This document shows, piece by piece, positions 35,901 through 47,502 of a stretch of 64,000 nt of DNA. How positions within the stretch are numbered: the first letter of the stretch is position 1; the number at the start of each line of letters is the position of its first letter. A program made the translations under genes and the position numbers. A model generated the notes under the pieces. It ran no database searches, was not told the DNA's origin, and saw only the letters and a list, made by a program, of their open reading frames with translations. Source of the DNA: Schizochytrium sp. TIO01 (lineage: Eukaryota; Protista; Bigyra: Labyrinthulomycetes). The DNA lies in contig SMSO01000033.1 in the NCBI GenBank assembly GCA_004764695.1, positions 2,480,001-2,544,000 of the forward strand. The letters run 5' to 3'.

Positions 35901-36726
35901 GGAAATGGAGGTCTCTGGGCGGCGAGGACCTAGACACGTCCACCGGAGCAGCGAAAGGAGGAGGGAGTTTGGTTTCTGCTTTCAGTTGGTTTCCTTTTCA
36001 ACGCGTCATGAAGTCTTGAAATAAATAAAAATCAATCTTCCGCTAACGGGCTCAAACAATGAGCAAAAAACAAACTCGGGACACTCGGTGCCATCGCGCC
36101 CTCTCAAAAACGCAAAGTGAGGGGATTCATACACAGCGAAATTCACATGCACAGTACAGCGTATGTGCAGTTTAGTCGTATAACCCACTTACAGAAATAA
36201 ACTAAAGGGGGTAAGTATGCTTGGTATCATTTCATACAGGTTTAACAAGCCCCGCAGGCGCGAGGGAAAAAGGAATGGCGACGACTAAGGCTCCTGCTTA
36301 AAATAGGTAATACTTACTAAGAATGAGCGTTTATTTTGATAGGGACATTATGAGCGAACGTTTGTTTTTAATGGAGGAAAGAAAAGAAGGGTTTTAAAAA
36401 TCAATGGGGTGTTAGGGGCACATAGGGGGAACTGGTAGGGTCGCGAGAGTAGAAAATGGGTTTCTTTTTTTCTTCCTTTTAATTGAAGGTGATGATGATG
36501 ATGATGATGATTCTTCGTCGATAAATCGTCTGATGCCGAGTGAGTCGCAGACCCCGAACGCGAAGGACCTTGAGAGCAAGACTTTGGTGGCAGAGGAGCC
36601 CAGGGTATCGCAACGAGACGTGGAGTTAGCCAGCTAGCCCACCTTGGATTTAAGCGACCAGCCAGTCAGGCAACCAGTCGTAAGCACGCGATCGATTGAC
36701 CTCACGTCTTGCACTTGAAGATAAAG

Positions 36727-38448
36727 ATGTCGAGACCTGCTCCGCCCAAGGCCTGGGAGACCGATGCTTGGCAAAAGCTTTCTGCTAGCGCCTCGAAGCT
36801 GAAGAACTCTTCCCCTGATGATGAATTGCACCTGAGACAGCTCATCAAGGATGAGGACCGTTGTGCTTCCCTTCGAGCCAATTTCGATGGTATCGCCATG
36901 GATTACTCCAGACAGAAGCTCACCAAATCTACTCTTCAGGAGCTCCTCGACCTCGCCGAAACGACAAACCTCAAGGTTAGCATGACTGCTATGGCCTCCG
37001 GAAAGGCTATTAACACCACAGAAAACCGCGCTGTACTCCACATGGCTCTTCGCGCACCCAAGGGCGAGAAGATTCTCGTTGGTGACACCGATGTGGTTCC
37101 CGAGGTGCACGAAGTTCTTGAGCGCATTTACAACTTCTCTGACCGCGTTCGTAGTGGAGAACACGCTGGAGCCACAGGCAAAACACTTGACACTGTCATT
37201 TCAGTTGGAATCGGTGGCAGCTACTTGGGCCCGGAGTTTGTCTTTGAAGCTCTTCGCACAGACGAGACTGCTGCAGCTGCTGCTGAAGGTCGCAAGCTTA
37301 AGTTCCTGGCCAACGTGGACCCCGTGGATGTCACTCGGGCCCTTGAGGGAGCTGACCCTGAGCGAACTCTTGTGGTTGTTGTCTCGAAGACTTTTACGAC
37401 CGCCGAGACCATGCTCAACGCTCGCACTCTGCGCAGGTGGCTCGAGAAGGCCGCAGACAAGCTTGGTGCCGACCGTGGTGAGATGATTGCCAAGCACATG
37501 ATCGCTGTTTCTGCAGCAGTCCCCAAGGCCAAAGAGTTTGGTATTGCTGAGGAGAACGTCTTTGGTTTCTGGGACTGGGTTGGTGGAAGGTATTCCGTCT
37601 GCTCAGCAGTTGGAGTCATGCCCCTCGCCCTCCAGTACGGCCACGAGGTCGTGCAGGACTTCCTCGCCGGAGCTTGGTCTATGGACGAGCACTTCCTCAG
37701 CGCCGACTTTGACCAGAACCTTCCTGTTCTCGTGGGTCTTATTGGCGTATGGAATGCAAGCTTCCTTGAGTACAATGTTCAGGCACTTCTGCCGTACTCC
37801 CAGGCGCTGCTCAGATTCCCTGCTCACATCCAACAGGTCAGCATGGAATCCAACGGCAAGAGGGTTACCCTCGATGGCACCTACCTGCCGATGGACGCAG
37901 GTGAGATCGTTCTTGGAGAGCCCGGCACCAACGGCCAGCACAGTTTCTATCAGCTCATTCACCAAGGAAGGGTTATGGCGTGCGACTTCATCGGATCTAT
38001 CAAGTCACAGCAACCTATTGATGACACTGCGGATGATGAACCTGTGAGCAACCACGATGAGCTTATGGCTAACTTCTTCGCACAGCCGGATGCACTTGCA
38101 TGCGGTAAGACGATTGATGAGCTCAAGGCAGAGGGCGTGCCGGAGGAGCTCTTGACGCACAAGGAGTTCCCCGGTAACCGTCCGTCTACACAGCTGTTGT
38201 TCCCGTGCTTTGATGCCAAGCGCGTGGGTCAACTTCTGGCTTTGTATGAACACTCGATTGCGGTCAAGGGATTCATCTGGGGAGTCAACTCCTTCGACCA
38301 GTGGGGAGTTGAACTTGGTAAGGTGCTCGCAAAGCAGGTTCGCGGTGCGCTCCAGGAGGCACGCTCCAGCAAGAAGGAGGTCGCAAGCGGCAAGTTTAAC
38401 CCAGCCACCACTGCACTCCTTAATGCTTACATTAGCGGCAGCCAGTAA
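36727..38448 (+). CDS. GPI: Glucose-6-phosphate isomerase (573 aa)
   Basis: [71 protein letters not shown] and [10 protein letters not shown] motifs. First ATG at 36727. Confidence 0.97.
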   Translation: MSRPAPPKAWETDAWQKLSASASKLKNSSPDDELHLRQLIKDEDRCASLRANFDGIAMDYSRQKLTKSTLQELLDLAETTNLKVSMTAMASGKAINTTENRAVLHMALRAPKGEKILVGDTDVVPEVHEVLERIYNFSDRVRSGEHAGATGKTLDTVISVGIGGSYLGPEFVFEALRTDETAAAAAEGRKLKFLANVDPVDVTRALEGADPERTLVVVVSKTFTTAETMLNARTLRRWLEKAADKLGADRGEMIAKHMIAVSAAVPKAKEFGIAEENVFGFWDWVGGRYSVCSAVGVMPLALQYGHEVVQDFLAGAWSMDEHFLSADFDQNLPVLVGLIGVWNASFLEYNVQALLPYSQALLRFPAHIQQVSMESNGKRVTLDGTYLPMDAGEIVLGEPGTNGQHSFYQLIHQGRVMACDFIGSIKSQQPIDDTADDEPVSNHDELMANFFAQPDALACGKTIDELKAEGVPEELLTHKEFPGNRPSTQLLFPCFDAKRVGQLLALYEHSIAVKGFIWGVNSFDQWGVELGKVLAKQVRGALQEARSSKKEVASGKFNPATTALLNAYISGSQ

Positions 38449-39236
38449 AAATACATAGTGTAAGATCTGCAAGCAACTAAACAAAAGAATGGAAAGAGAG
38501 GTTTTGGGTCCTATCTTGCTCGCTGAGAAAACCTCTGTTTCCTTTCTTTTACAACCCCTTTTTTTAAAATACACCATTACTTCATATCGTCTAAGCAGAG
38601 CGACTAAGCAAGTTCCGCTCGCTTATCATGCACATTCACGAATTCTGTTTGGCCTTTTGATGGAAGCAAAGATTGTCCAAGCGTTTTTTTAATTTAAAAG
38701 AAAAACACATTTTTTTTTCTTTTTCTTCATTAGACAATGCACTTTAAAAAGGAATTACACAGAAGCTTGCCTAGGCTTAATAATGGTTTCTGAATATCTT
38801 GAGCCATCACTTGTTCTAAAACTCTCAAATTTAAATGCATATTTAATCCATTTTACTCTCTGAGTAGAGTCGTTGCGCATTGAGACGGTTCGAATAAAAC
38901 CGTACCAACTCCTTCTTACATTAGTTTTCTAACAGAAAATGCCTCTCAAAGATCCAGCACGCCAATCAAAAGAGGATCCAGCGGTAATAGATCAATGTCG
39001 GGCTATTTGGGGTCATGTTGTTTTAAAATCATTGGTTATTAGTTTATGGGTATGGGAGTTTTTTCTTTTCTTTTTTCTTTATAAGAGAACAAAAAGCCTG
39101 AGCATCGTAGTAAGCTTTGCCTTCTAACCAAGTAAACAAGGATACTTCTCGACGATGCAAGAGGCAACAACGCATAAGACAACGAACGCGTGAGAGGAAA
39201 GGCAGGATTTAGACTAGACTTCACCTAACCTCAATC

Positions 39237-40871
39237 TTACTGTGCACGAGAGAAGCGCTTGAAGACCGGGTTCATACCCTCCTGTGCGGCCTCACGATCA
39301 GCCTTACGAGTGCGCTGCGCCTCACGTTCGCGCTCGACATTCTCAATCGCGCGCTGACGCTCAGCAGTGATGATGTTGCGGTGTTTGCGTTTGATCTTGG
39401 CGCCAATCTTGCTGCGTCCCTTCATCTTGTTCTTCTCACGTTTCTTGTGGCGGTTTGCTTCCTCCTCAGCACGCTCCTGTTCGAGTTCCTTGGCAATAAC
39501 CGTGCGGTCTGCAGTGTCTACGCCTCCGATGGAGTTCGGATCCAGCACAATCATCTCCGGCTGCAGCTTCTCCAAGAGACGGTGCACCGCAGCCTCGCGG
39601 CGCTGCTTGGCAGACTCGAACGGATTAGCCTCGAAGGCATCGTAGTTGGCGGCACCAGCGCCAGGTACGACAATAGTTTGGATTCCAGATGTGTGACCGA
39701 GTCCCAAGACATCCTCAAAAGGACGCCACTTACAATGCATGAACTCCTGGCCCGGGAGTTTGTGCTGCATGTACGGGGCAGGCTGCTTGGTGCGAAGTGC
39801 ATCTTTCCAGATCTGCGTTTGGTATCCCGTGGTCACAGCGAGGAGACCATTTTGACTAATATCCACGGAAGTCGCTGGGCGCTGGGTAAAGTAAGAATGT
39901 AAACGCTTGTAAGTGCGGAGATCCCACACAGACACCTTACCGTCAAGACCAGATGTCACAATCTCACGACCGTTGCGGCTTACGCCAAGAGCACGCACTG
40001 CACCTCCGTGGCAAAGCATCTTGATCAAAGGTTTGTTGGAGGTCGGGCTCCACATGGTCACTGTTCCGTTGCCGTGTCCAAGGCAGATAATGGCGTTCGC
40101 AGGGTTTTGAGCCATGACATCACAAGGGCCGAGCTTGGTGCGGTGCTCTGCAACGAGTTCTCCTGTGGATGTATCTTGGTACTTGAGCCAACCTCCGTGT
40201 CCTACACTTGCAAGCAAGAAGTGGTATGGCAGGAACTCCAGTCGTGAAGGGCGTATGTGCGATCGAAGTCTATGCACCTCAACTCCGTGTTCATCGTAGA
40301 TGTAAATGTGCTTGCGTTGGGCTGCTGCAAAGAGTGATTGATCATGAAGGAAGGTCACATCTTGAACTGTCTCACCAACCTGAAGTTCGCAAAGCGGTTC
40401 AACTCGGAGTGCGTCAATCATGCTGAGGTGACCTTTAGCGCCTCCAAGAAGAAGGTTGCGACCGTTGCGAGTCCAAGCCACACGGTACGGGGCCGAGTCT
40501 TCGAGGTTGAGGTTGATCATCTTAGCGCGAGTGTTGGCATCGGCCATTTCAGAAATCTGGCGTTGACTGACTTTGAACGTCTTTTCCATTTCATTTTCGG
40601 CTTCGAGGTATCCACCCTGGTCCGTGAGCAGGATTTCTGCACGAGCTGCAGACTCAGCAGCCTCGCGAGCAGCCTCCTGCTGAGCCTTTACGCCTTCGCG
40701 AACACGCTTATTCTTGACATTCTTCAGGGAAACCTTGGGTCCCGAGCGCTCGTACTTGGCAGATCTCTGCTTGAGTTCATGAGCCCGAGCGCTCTCTTCA
40801 TGCTTGCCGTCATGGCGGGGCCGCTTACGCTTAGCACCAGCGCCAACGCTGGGGACTTCCGAAGGCGCCAT
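39237..40871 (-). CDS. WDR46: WD repeat protein WDR46/Utp7 (SSU processome, BING4CT domain)
   Basis: WTRNGRNLLLGG, LEFLPYHFLL, QNPANAIICLGHGNGTVTMWSP, RPFEDVLGLGH, and VPGAGAANYDAFEANPFESAKQRREAAVHRLLEKL. First ATG at 40871. Confidence 0.93.
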   Translation of the reverse strand: MAPSEVPSVGAGAKRKRPRHDGKHEESARAHELKQRSAKYERSGPKVSLKNVKNKRVREGVKAQQEAAREAAESAARAEILLTDQGGYLEAENEMEKTFKVSQRQISEMADANTRAKMINLNLEDSAPYRVAWTRNGRNLLLGGAKGHLSMIDALRVEPLCELQVGETVQDVTFLHDQSLFAAAQRKHIYIYDEHGVEVHRLRSHIRPSRLEFLPYHFLLASVGHGGWLKYQDTSTGELVAEHRTKLGPCDVMAQNPANAIICLGHGNGTVTMWSPTSNKPLIKMLCHGGAVRALGVSRNGREIVTSGLDGKVSVWDLRTYKRLHSYFTQRPATSVDISQNGLLAVTTGYQTQIWKDALRTKQPAPYMQHKLPGQEFMHCKWRPFEDVLGLGHTSGIQTIVVPGAGAANYDAFEANPFESAKQRREAAVHRLLEKLQPEMIVLDPNSIGGVDTADRTVIAKELEQERAEEEANRHKKREKNKMKGRSKIGAKIKRKHRNIITAERQRAIENVEREREAQRTRKADREAAQEGMNPVFKRFSRAQ

Positions 40872-41577
40872 CTTCCACAACGGGACCTCGCCTGCCTGCG
40901 AGAAATCGCCAGAGATCAAGTTCTGCACGAAACAATCGGGGCTTCAATGCCTTGGCAAAATCACTCGTGAACTTATTAAGGGCGTTCTGCGCCACCAGTC
41001 AAATGGAGACTAGTAAATACGGCGCAAATGAGCGCCGTACTATGGAAGTCGGACTTTGAGTATTAGTATGCGGAATTCTCGTGCTGGATGATGGCATACT
41101 TGCAGGCTTCGTCGTTTTTGAGGGCCAGCAGAATAGAGAGAGGTTCGAGAGGAACGTAGAATGTGGAAAAATATTTAGCATTTGTAGGAATTATGAACAA
41201 TAAAGTGTTTCTTAGATTGGGGCTTTTAAAAAGTGACTTAGGGTGAAACAAAGCTTGCAAAAAATTCATTTTTACAAATGCGGAGTTAAATGTCAGCGGG
41301 TTTTACAATTTTCTAAAAATAAAAAGATATTACTAGCAGAAAGAAGCTTGGTATAGCAAGAATGTTGGCAACAAGATAGACTTGCATAAATCTGCTTTTG
41401 AGTTTCTCTCTCTCTCTCATATCTAGGGGAATACTAAAGTGCCGAAACAGAGATGAAAGCAGGTGTTTGCAAATGAGGCCATCAGAGACAGATGCTCGTA
41501 GATACAATTAGGTTCATGTTTTTTTTTGGACTGCATCATGAGTGTTGTTCTTGTATTTTTGTCATGGGAAGGTAGAC

Positions 41578-42414
41578 TCAAGCAAAGAGACTGTGAAGAT
41601 GACCAATAATAGCGGTGAATGGACTAGAGGCCTTGTTCTCAGGGTCTTGGTTGGCTACATAGGACAAAAAGATATTCCAAATTGTGGCAATGAATGTGTT
41701 GACGATAGCTCGGTGTTGGGCTTGAACAAATCTAAACACCAATACGTTGAAGATCGGCCAATACATGCAACTTGCCGCGAATGTCGGCAGCAGCTCAACC
41801 TTGAGTTTATCAATCGCATCGCGTAGAGTTTTGCCAGGTTGAGACAGTGTTACAGACGTGATAATAGCAGGCAGGGTAAACACAAGTGAAAAGCATGCAA
41901 TCAGTGCGGTTTTCTTGAGGATTTGTGGCACACTTTTGCCAGGCACCATGTGCTCGAGCAACATCTGAAAACTAAACAAGACTGGGCCTGTTACAAACAG
42001 ACCAACTCCAGCAAAGTAAAGACTGCGCCCCCAGGATGTAATCTCTCCACTTTCCATGTACTGACAAAGTAAGTCTCCGATTCCCATAGACACTGATACG
42101 TAAGGCAAAGCCACAGCAAGCTGCCGTAAAAATAGCTTCGTCCCAGTCAACTTCTGTGGCTCAGAAGATGCAGCTGTGCTCAGACGCATACGCTGATACG
42201 GCTGGCGAGAACTACGCCCACGACTTAAGCCGCCCAGCCCAGTTTGGAAAGCCTCGCTGTGCATCCGAAACGGCCTCGAAGCGGATACTTGCCGAGTTTT
42301 ATCCAGCACTTGAGACAGCGTTGACCCCCCATAGTTGGATCGCCGCAGTAGACCATGGTATGTGCTACACGATCTTGCTCCGGCCAGTAGCCGAGCTCCT
42401 TGCTGAGAGAACAT
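41578..42414 (-). CDS. Mpv17/PMP22 family membrane protein, paralogue 1
   Basis: GDLLCQ, YWPIFNVLVFRFV and IWNIFLSY motifs, with an Arg/Ser-rich N-terminus resembling a mitochondrial presequence. First ATG at 42414. Confidence 0.85.
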   Translation of the reverse strand: MFSQQGARLLAGARSCSTYHGLLRRSNYGGSTLSQVLDKTRQVSASRPFRMHSEAFQTGLGGLSRGRSSRQPYQRMRLSTAASSEPQKLTGTKLFLRQLAVALPYVSVSMGIGDLLCQYMESGEITSWGRSLYFAGVGLFVTGPVLFSFQMLLEHMVPGKSVPQILKKTALIACFSLVFTLPAIITSVTLSQPGKTLRDAIDKLKVELLPTFAASCMYWPIFNVLVFRFVQAQHRAIVNTFIATIWNIFLSYVANQDPENKASSPFTAIIGHLHSLFA

Positions 42415-43730
42415 GCCGACGACCCTCGTTGCAGTCTTGTGTGCACCCAGGTCTGTGATTGAAAAGGGTTTGCAGCACCCTATTTCACACGAGGGTTCTC
42501 GCGACTCGCGAGATCGGCATTGCAATTGTAATGTATGAGTGGTTCTGGCAGTGGTTCTTGGTGACCTTCTTCCATTTAACTCGGGTTCGACTTCAATTTC
42601 ATCGATCTTAGTACCTTCACAACCATCTTCAGAAAAAGTAAAACCCAAAACCTGACCTTCTTAACTTGCAAAACCAGGAGCATGGTGTTGCGTCGAAGTC
42701 CAGTTCATGCTGTCACTGTCTACCTCGAAGTCACGGCTGGTTGACTTCGAGGTTGTTGTAGTTGATGACGGTGCGCACCTGCATCGCAGTTTTTGTTATC
42801 TGTCAGGACTTGAGTTGACTGAGGAGGGTGGAATTACCTTGTCTCTTAATTCACACAGCTGAATGGAACTCGCGACAAACTCTAAGCGGAGCGTTTGGAA
42901 GGTGTCGAAGTATCACTCTGACTCGTCGAATCGAGCCAGAGCTTTCTCAGCAATACCCTGTCGGGCATTATTGTAATTCTCGCCCTTTAAAGTTCTTCAC
43001 ACCTTTCTTGAAAGAGTCTATTTTCTTTCTTCTTTCTTTGTTTCTTTCTTTCAAGTTCTCTTCACATCCAACCAAAAACAACTCTGATGCTGGAAATAAA
43101 AGACACAATCGAAGAAGGCTTTGGCCATACTCGCACCAATGCAGCAACCAGGATTGCACCCACCATAAAGCAGCAGGGGCGACCAGGTCAGGCGCCTGCC
43201 TGATAAGTAATCGTCATTGCTCTCGCTTAAGACAGCTGATGTCAAGACGTAGCAGCATTGCTGTGAACGAACTTGTTTATTAAGTTATAGCCCATCTGTT
43301 CATTTTCTTCAATAAACCTTGAAGTCCAAAGCTTGATCCTCTTATGAGCAACCAACACCAACTTCTAAGAATACCCCTTTACGCTTGTACTAAGCAAGAG
43401 CAGTCACCGACTCTAGTTCTGTCTTGAAGCACACGTAGTTCGATACCATCTTTGTCTTAGACTCCCCTGGCGCCGATCTGGGAACAACATCCTGTTTCTC
43501 ACTGCAATTGATTTACTATAAAATGCTCCGCATCATTAAAAATTCTTTTTGGTTGATTCTATACTGCTATCACGGTACACGTAGACGGTCGATACGCAGG
43601 ACCTGCATTAGAAGAGGCTGGGAGGAATGCCACAGGTTGTTCGGAGAGCGGTGGGTGGCAGAGACTCCTTTACCGAGTTTCTTAATTTTAGTATATTTGA
43701 TTAAAATAAAATGTTTCATTTCATTTTTAA

Positions 43731-43785
43731 ATAATAATAATAATAACAATAACAATAACAATAACAACAACAACAACAACAACAA
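43731..43785. repeat. (AAT)n-(AAC)n compound microsatellite
   Basis: Seen directly. Confidence 0.9.
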
Positions 43786-44510
43786 ATAATACTAAATAAT
43801 AAACTTGTAAAATAGAAGAAATGAAGTAAAGTTACGAGGGCTGATGTAGCCTTACTCGACTGTACATTGCGCGCGCAAGGCTGGCAACCATGGTAAAGTG
43901 GCCGATTCCTTGGAATTATGGAGTGATCAAGTGAAATACCCATCTACATTTACTGGGGAAAATAAGAAATTGAGAAAATAGGGCAAATCACGAAGTCATG
44001 TAAAAATGGGTAATACGATTTTGGGTCTATGAACATAAGGATTAGAATGAGAGGAAGAAGACTCATGCAAGGAAAGTGGCTAAGTCTCGCCCTGCCTCTT
44101 TATTCTCCTTTCTCTACTTGAATTTCTGCCTGCCAGGTGTCGCGTATGCATGTCTGTAAGTTAGAAAGTCAGTCAAGCTGCATGACTTATAAGTTTGTAC
44201 TTGAAATTGTGACACGAAGGTGTCTCGAGAAAGCGACGAGGCATGGCGTATAATGAAGAGAGCGCAGGCAGCTAGGAGAGTCTATTGTGCAAAAAAAATA
44301 TGCTAATGGTTGAGCAAATCTAGCTGGCAGGCTAGCTAGCTCAATAACACAAAGGTCTTTCAGAGTCTGCATGAGTCTAAATCATGAGAACGCCCATTAA
44401 AGTGGCACTAAGAGGTTTATGTTATCGAAGCAGAAGCAAGCAGGCGAGGCGAGCAAGCTACAAACGAAACCGAATTAATGATGTGGCGGTATTAGTGTAA
44501 GTAAGAGCGT

Positions 44511-45389
44511 CTACATGGATGCCACATAATCGGAAGGCTCAGACTCTACGTTTTTGTTGGCCATCATGGAGAGGTAGATATTCCAAAGCACGCCTACCAT
44601 AGAGCTAACAGTGGCGCGGTTGATCGTAGCAACATAGCGGTAGACGATGATGTTTACCATGGGCCAGAAGAAGGCTGCTGTTATGAAGGTTGGCACCAGG
44701 TCAGCCTTGATTTTGCGTTTGGCATCCTCCAACGTGCGCTGCTCGCCATTAGGCCCAGGTTGCAGCAAGGTGACGGCTGTAAACATGAGTGGGAGTGAGA
44801 CGATGAAGGCAAAGGTACTGTTAAAGAGAGTCTTCTTAAGAACCTGCACAATAGCTTTTCCAGGAACCCATTTCTCAAGATTCCACTGGAATGTGAAGCT
44901 GACGGGACCAGTGATGAAAGTACCGATGAGCCCGAAGATCACGCTGCGTTTATAGTTCATGATGCCGTCTTCGCGGTTCCATTGCTCAATGTGCTGACAC
45001 GTGAAGTCTCCAAGAGCCATAGAAAGCCCAATCATTACTGTCGATTTGCACAAAGGACGCAAGAAGGTTGCCCATTCACCATTCGAGCTATTCGCAGCTT
45101 CATTTGCGCTCGCACTCGAGCTGGCACCAGCGTTGGTAGCAGTGGAATTCGCAGAGCTCGATGGGGTCGTTGTTGTGGATTTGTTCCTTAACTGTCCCCG
45201 GCTCTTCGTAAGAGCCCTGCGCGCAATGATTGACGCGTTGCCTCGTGCCGCAGAGGTGCCGGGCACAGTCATTGAAATTGCAATGCCCATGGGCACGGGC
45301 ACGGACGCAATTTTCATACCGAGGCCAGCGGGAAGGGGCCCCACGACAGGCCTGAGGACGGAGGGGGCAATCCTAGAAGCTGCAAGCAT
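44511..45389 (-). CDS. Mpv17/PMP22 family membrane protein, paralogue 2
   Basis: GDFTCQ, FWPMVNIIVYRYV and LWNIYLSM motifs, with a presequence-like MLAASRIAPS start. ATG at 45389. Confidence 0.85.
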   Translation of the reverse strand: MLAASRIAPSVLRPVVGPLPAGLGMKIASVPVPMGIAISMTVPGTSAARGNASIIARRALTKSRGQLRNKSTTTTPSSSANSTATNAGASSSASANEAANSSNGEWATFLRPLCKSTVMIGLSMALGDFTCQHIEQWNREDGIMNYKRSVIFGLIGTFITGPVSFTFQWNLEKWVPGKAIVQVLKKTLFNSTFAFIVSLPLMFTAVTLLQPGPNGEQRTLEDAKRKIKADLVPTFITAAFFWPMVNIIVYRYVATINRATVSSMVGVLWNIYLSMMANKNVESEPSDYVASM

Positions 45390-47502
45390 CGTGAAGTCCG
45401 GGGCGGGGGGAGGGGTGGCGTTCTGCGGCGTCACGAGCACGAGCGAACGGGGATTGGTCTTCGCCAAATTGCTCTTGTTTTGCTTTTCTTTCAATTTGCT
45501 TCTCCCCCTTTTTTTTCCTCTTTTCTTTTGCTTTCTTTTCTTTTCTTTTCTTTTCTTTTGTTGTTTTCTTTTGTTGTTTTCTTTTACTTTAAAGATCTTT
45601 AAGTTGAGGGAAAGAACATTGTGTTCTGTCTCTTCTCATGCGATGCCGATGACGATGAGTTCTAACTTATCAATTCATCGTCATCGTCACTTCAGTCTCA
45701 TGACTACTTGGAAAAGTTCTGGCTGCCTGGCCTCGACGTTCGTTGACACCTCGACAATATCGCTTGCTTTCGTAAGAGAAGCTGAGGCCTCGAGAAAAGC
45801 ACTGCACAGCGCAGCGCAACGCAGCGCAACGTGGTGGAGGAAGGAGAAGGCAAGGAAAAGAAAAGGAACATCTTCAAGATGTCATTCGAAACGATGAGGA
45901 CGTGCGTGACCTGTGTGTGAGGTTGCCAGGACCAAGAAACGAGCTGCCAAGTGTTGGCTGGTTGGTACCGGGCTATATAGCATCTCGTGCACTACTGCTC
46001 AGAACCTCAGCGTCAGGCTTCGTGCGATAAGGACGGAGACGAGTGGGTAAATTACATTTCTCTTTTTTTTCTGAGGGATTCATGCTCTTCTGACTTCTTC
46101 ACTGTTTGCTGCGTCGGTGGCGTCTCTTGAGACCATTCCGAGCTCGTCGCACGCAGAGCTGGAGTCACCTGCACCGCCCGAAATTCACAATGGTGGCAGA
46201 CGCTGCGAGTGAGCGAGTGAATGAGTGAAGCGTATGGCGGCGTTTTCTGGGGCAGCGATTTAAGGATTCTTACAATCGGCCTTCCTGAAGTTGTTATAGT
46301 ACTACCGAATGGGCAGTACCAAGTACAAGTGCGTCATCTACGCAAAGCTTGTATGCTGGCATTGAAGCTTGTGCGAAGTTTATATTGAGGTCTTACTCGA
46401 CTCAGAATGAAGAGATGATGTAGATCCTATGACGAGTCAGAGTGCCGGGAGCTCGGATTTAATTGCTATAATTGATTAGCCATGTCTAGTTTTTTCCTTC
46501 TTGGCAGCTAGCTGGACCACAATTTGCATTTAGGCATCTCCGCTGTGGCCCTTTACAGATTGGGGCAGCTGAGCTGAGTTGTTTCAAAGAGCCATTGACT
46601 GATCAATGAGCGAGATTTGACATAGATAATGGCAAGAAACAGGATGCTGAAATGAGTTGAAGGGGAGTTCTGCGGACGACGGATTGCTTATGATCCAAGA
46701 ATGGAATTGAGAGAAGAGGAACGGTCAGGGCCATCCTCGGGGGACTTGGGACTCTAACGCATCTCGAGTAGAGCCGTGAAGTCAGTAGCCTCGCAACATT
46801 CGTTAGTGTGAAGGAAAATTTACTGGTGTGGGTTCCCATCTCACAGGACGTTTGCACGTGCAATATAAATGGTGGAAATACATACAGGCAAAGCAGAACA
46901 CACCTTGGCGCTTTCGGGAAAGGGAGAAACTTAGTAAATATTCACAGAGGTCAAGAAAGTAATCTTCTTGCAAAAGGTCTGGAAAAAAGAACAAAGAAAA
47001 AAAAAGAGCCCATGAATGGACATATGTATGCTTGACGTATAAGATTGCCAATAAATCATATTATTTCTTCACTACGAAGCGAACGTTTATGTATTTTCTA
47101 TTGCGGGAAAATGGGAATAGCGCAACGTGCGATCATTACACCAACTGCGAGAGGCTTTCAAGGATATTGCTGTTCTTGTTCGTTTTTGGCTTATTATAGA
47201 TCTGAGGGGACGAACAAACCTGTCCTTTCTGACGTTTTGTTCACAGCATGTAAAAAAAGGGAAGACGAAGTGTAGATTGTGATTTTGGAAAGTACAATAT
47301 GACATGCAAAACGACACTGAAGAGGCGAAGGTGGTGGAAGGTAACTCTTTTTTCTACTGTACGATGGTGGTGCTGGCGATAATGATAATAATTATGGTAA
47401 TGATGATTGGCGATTAAGTCTGAGAAGATTCAAGCGGCTGGAACCCCCTCTTTTACAAAAGGTACCGTCTCACCCACCAAAGGAATGGATAATGCAGCTA
47501 AA

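Noticed and set aside
36080-36090. GGCACCGAGT on the minus strand, resembling the 3' end of a Cas9 tracrRNA
   Set aside because: A 10-nt match only, without the completing hairpin; expected by chance.
38860-38910. GGTTCGAAT...ACCA, tRNA T-loop-like
   Set aside because: No cloverleaf, acceptor stem or D-arm can be formed.
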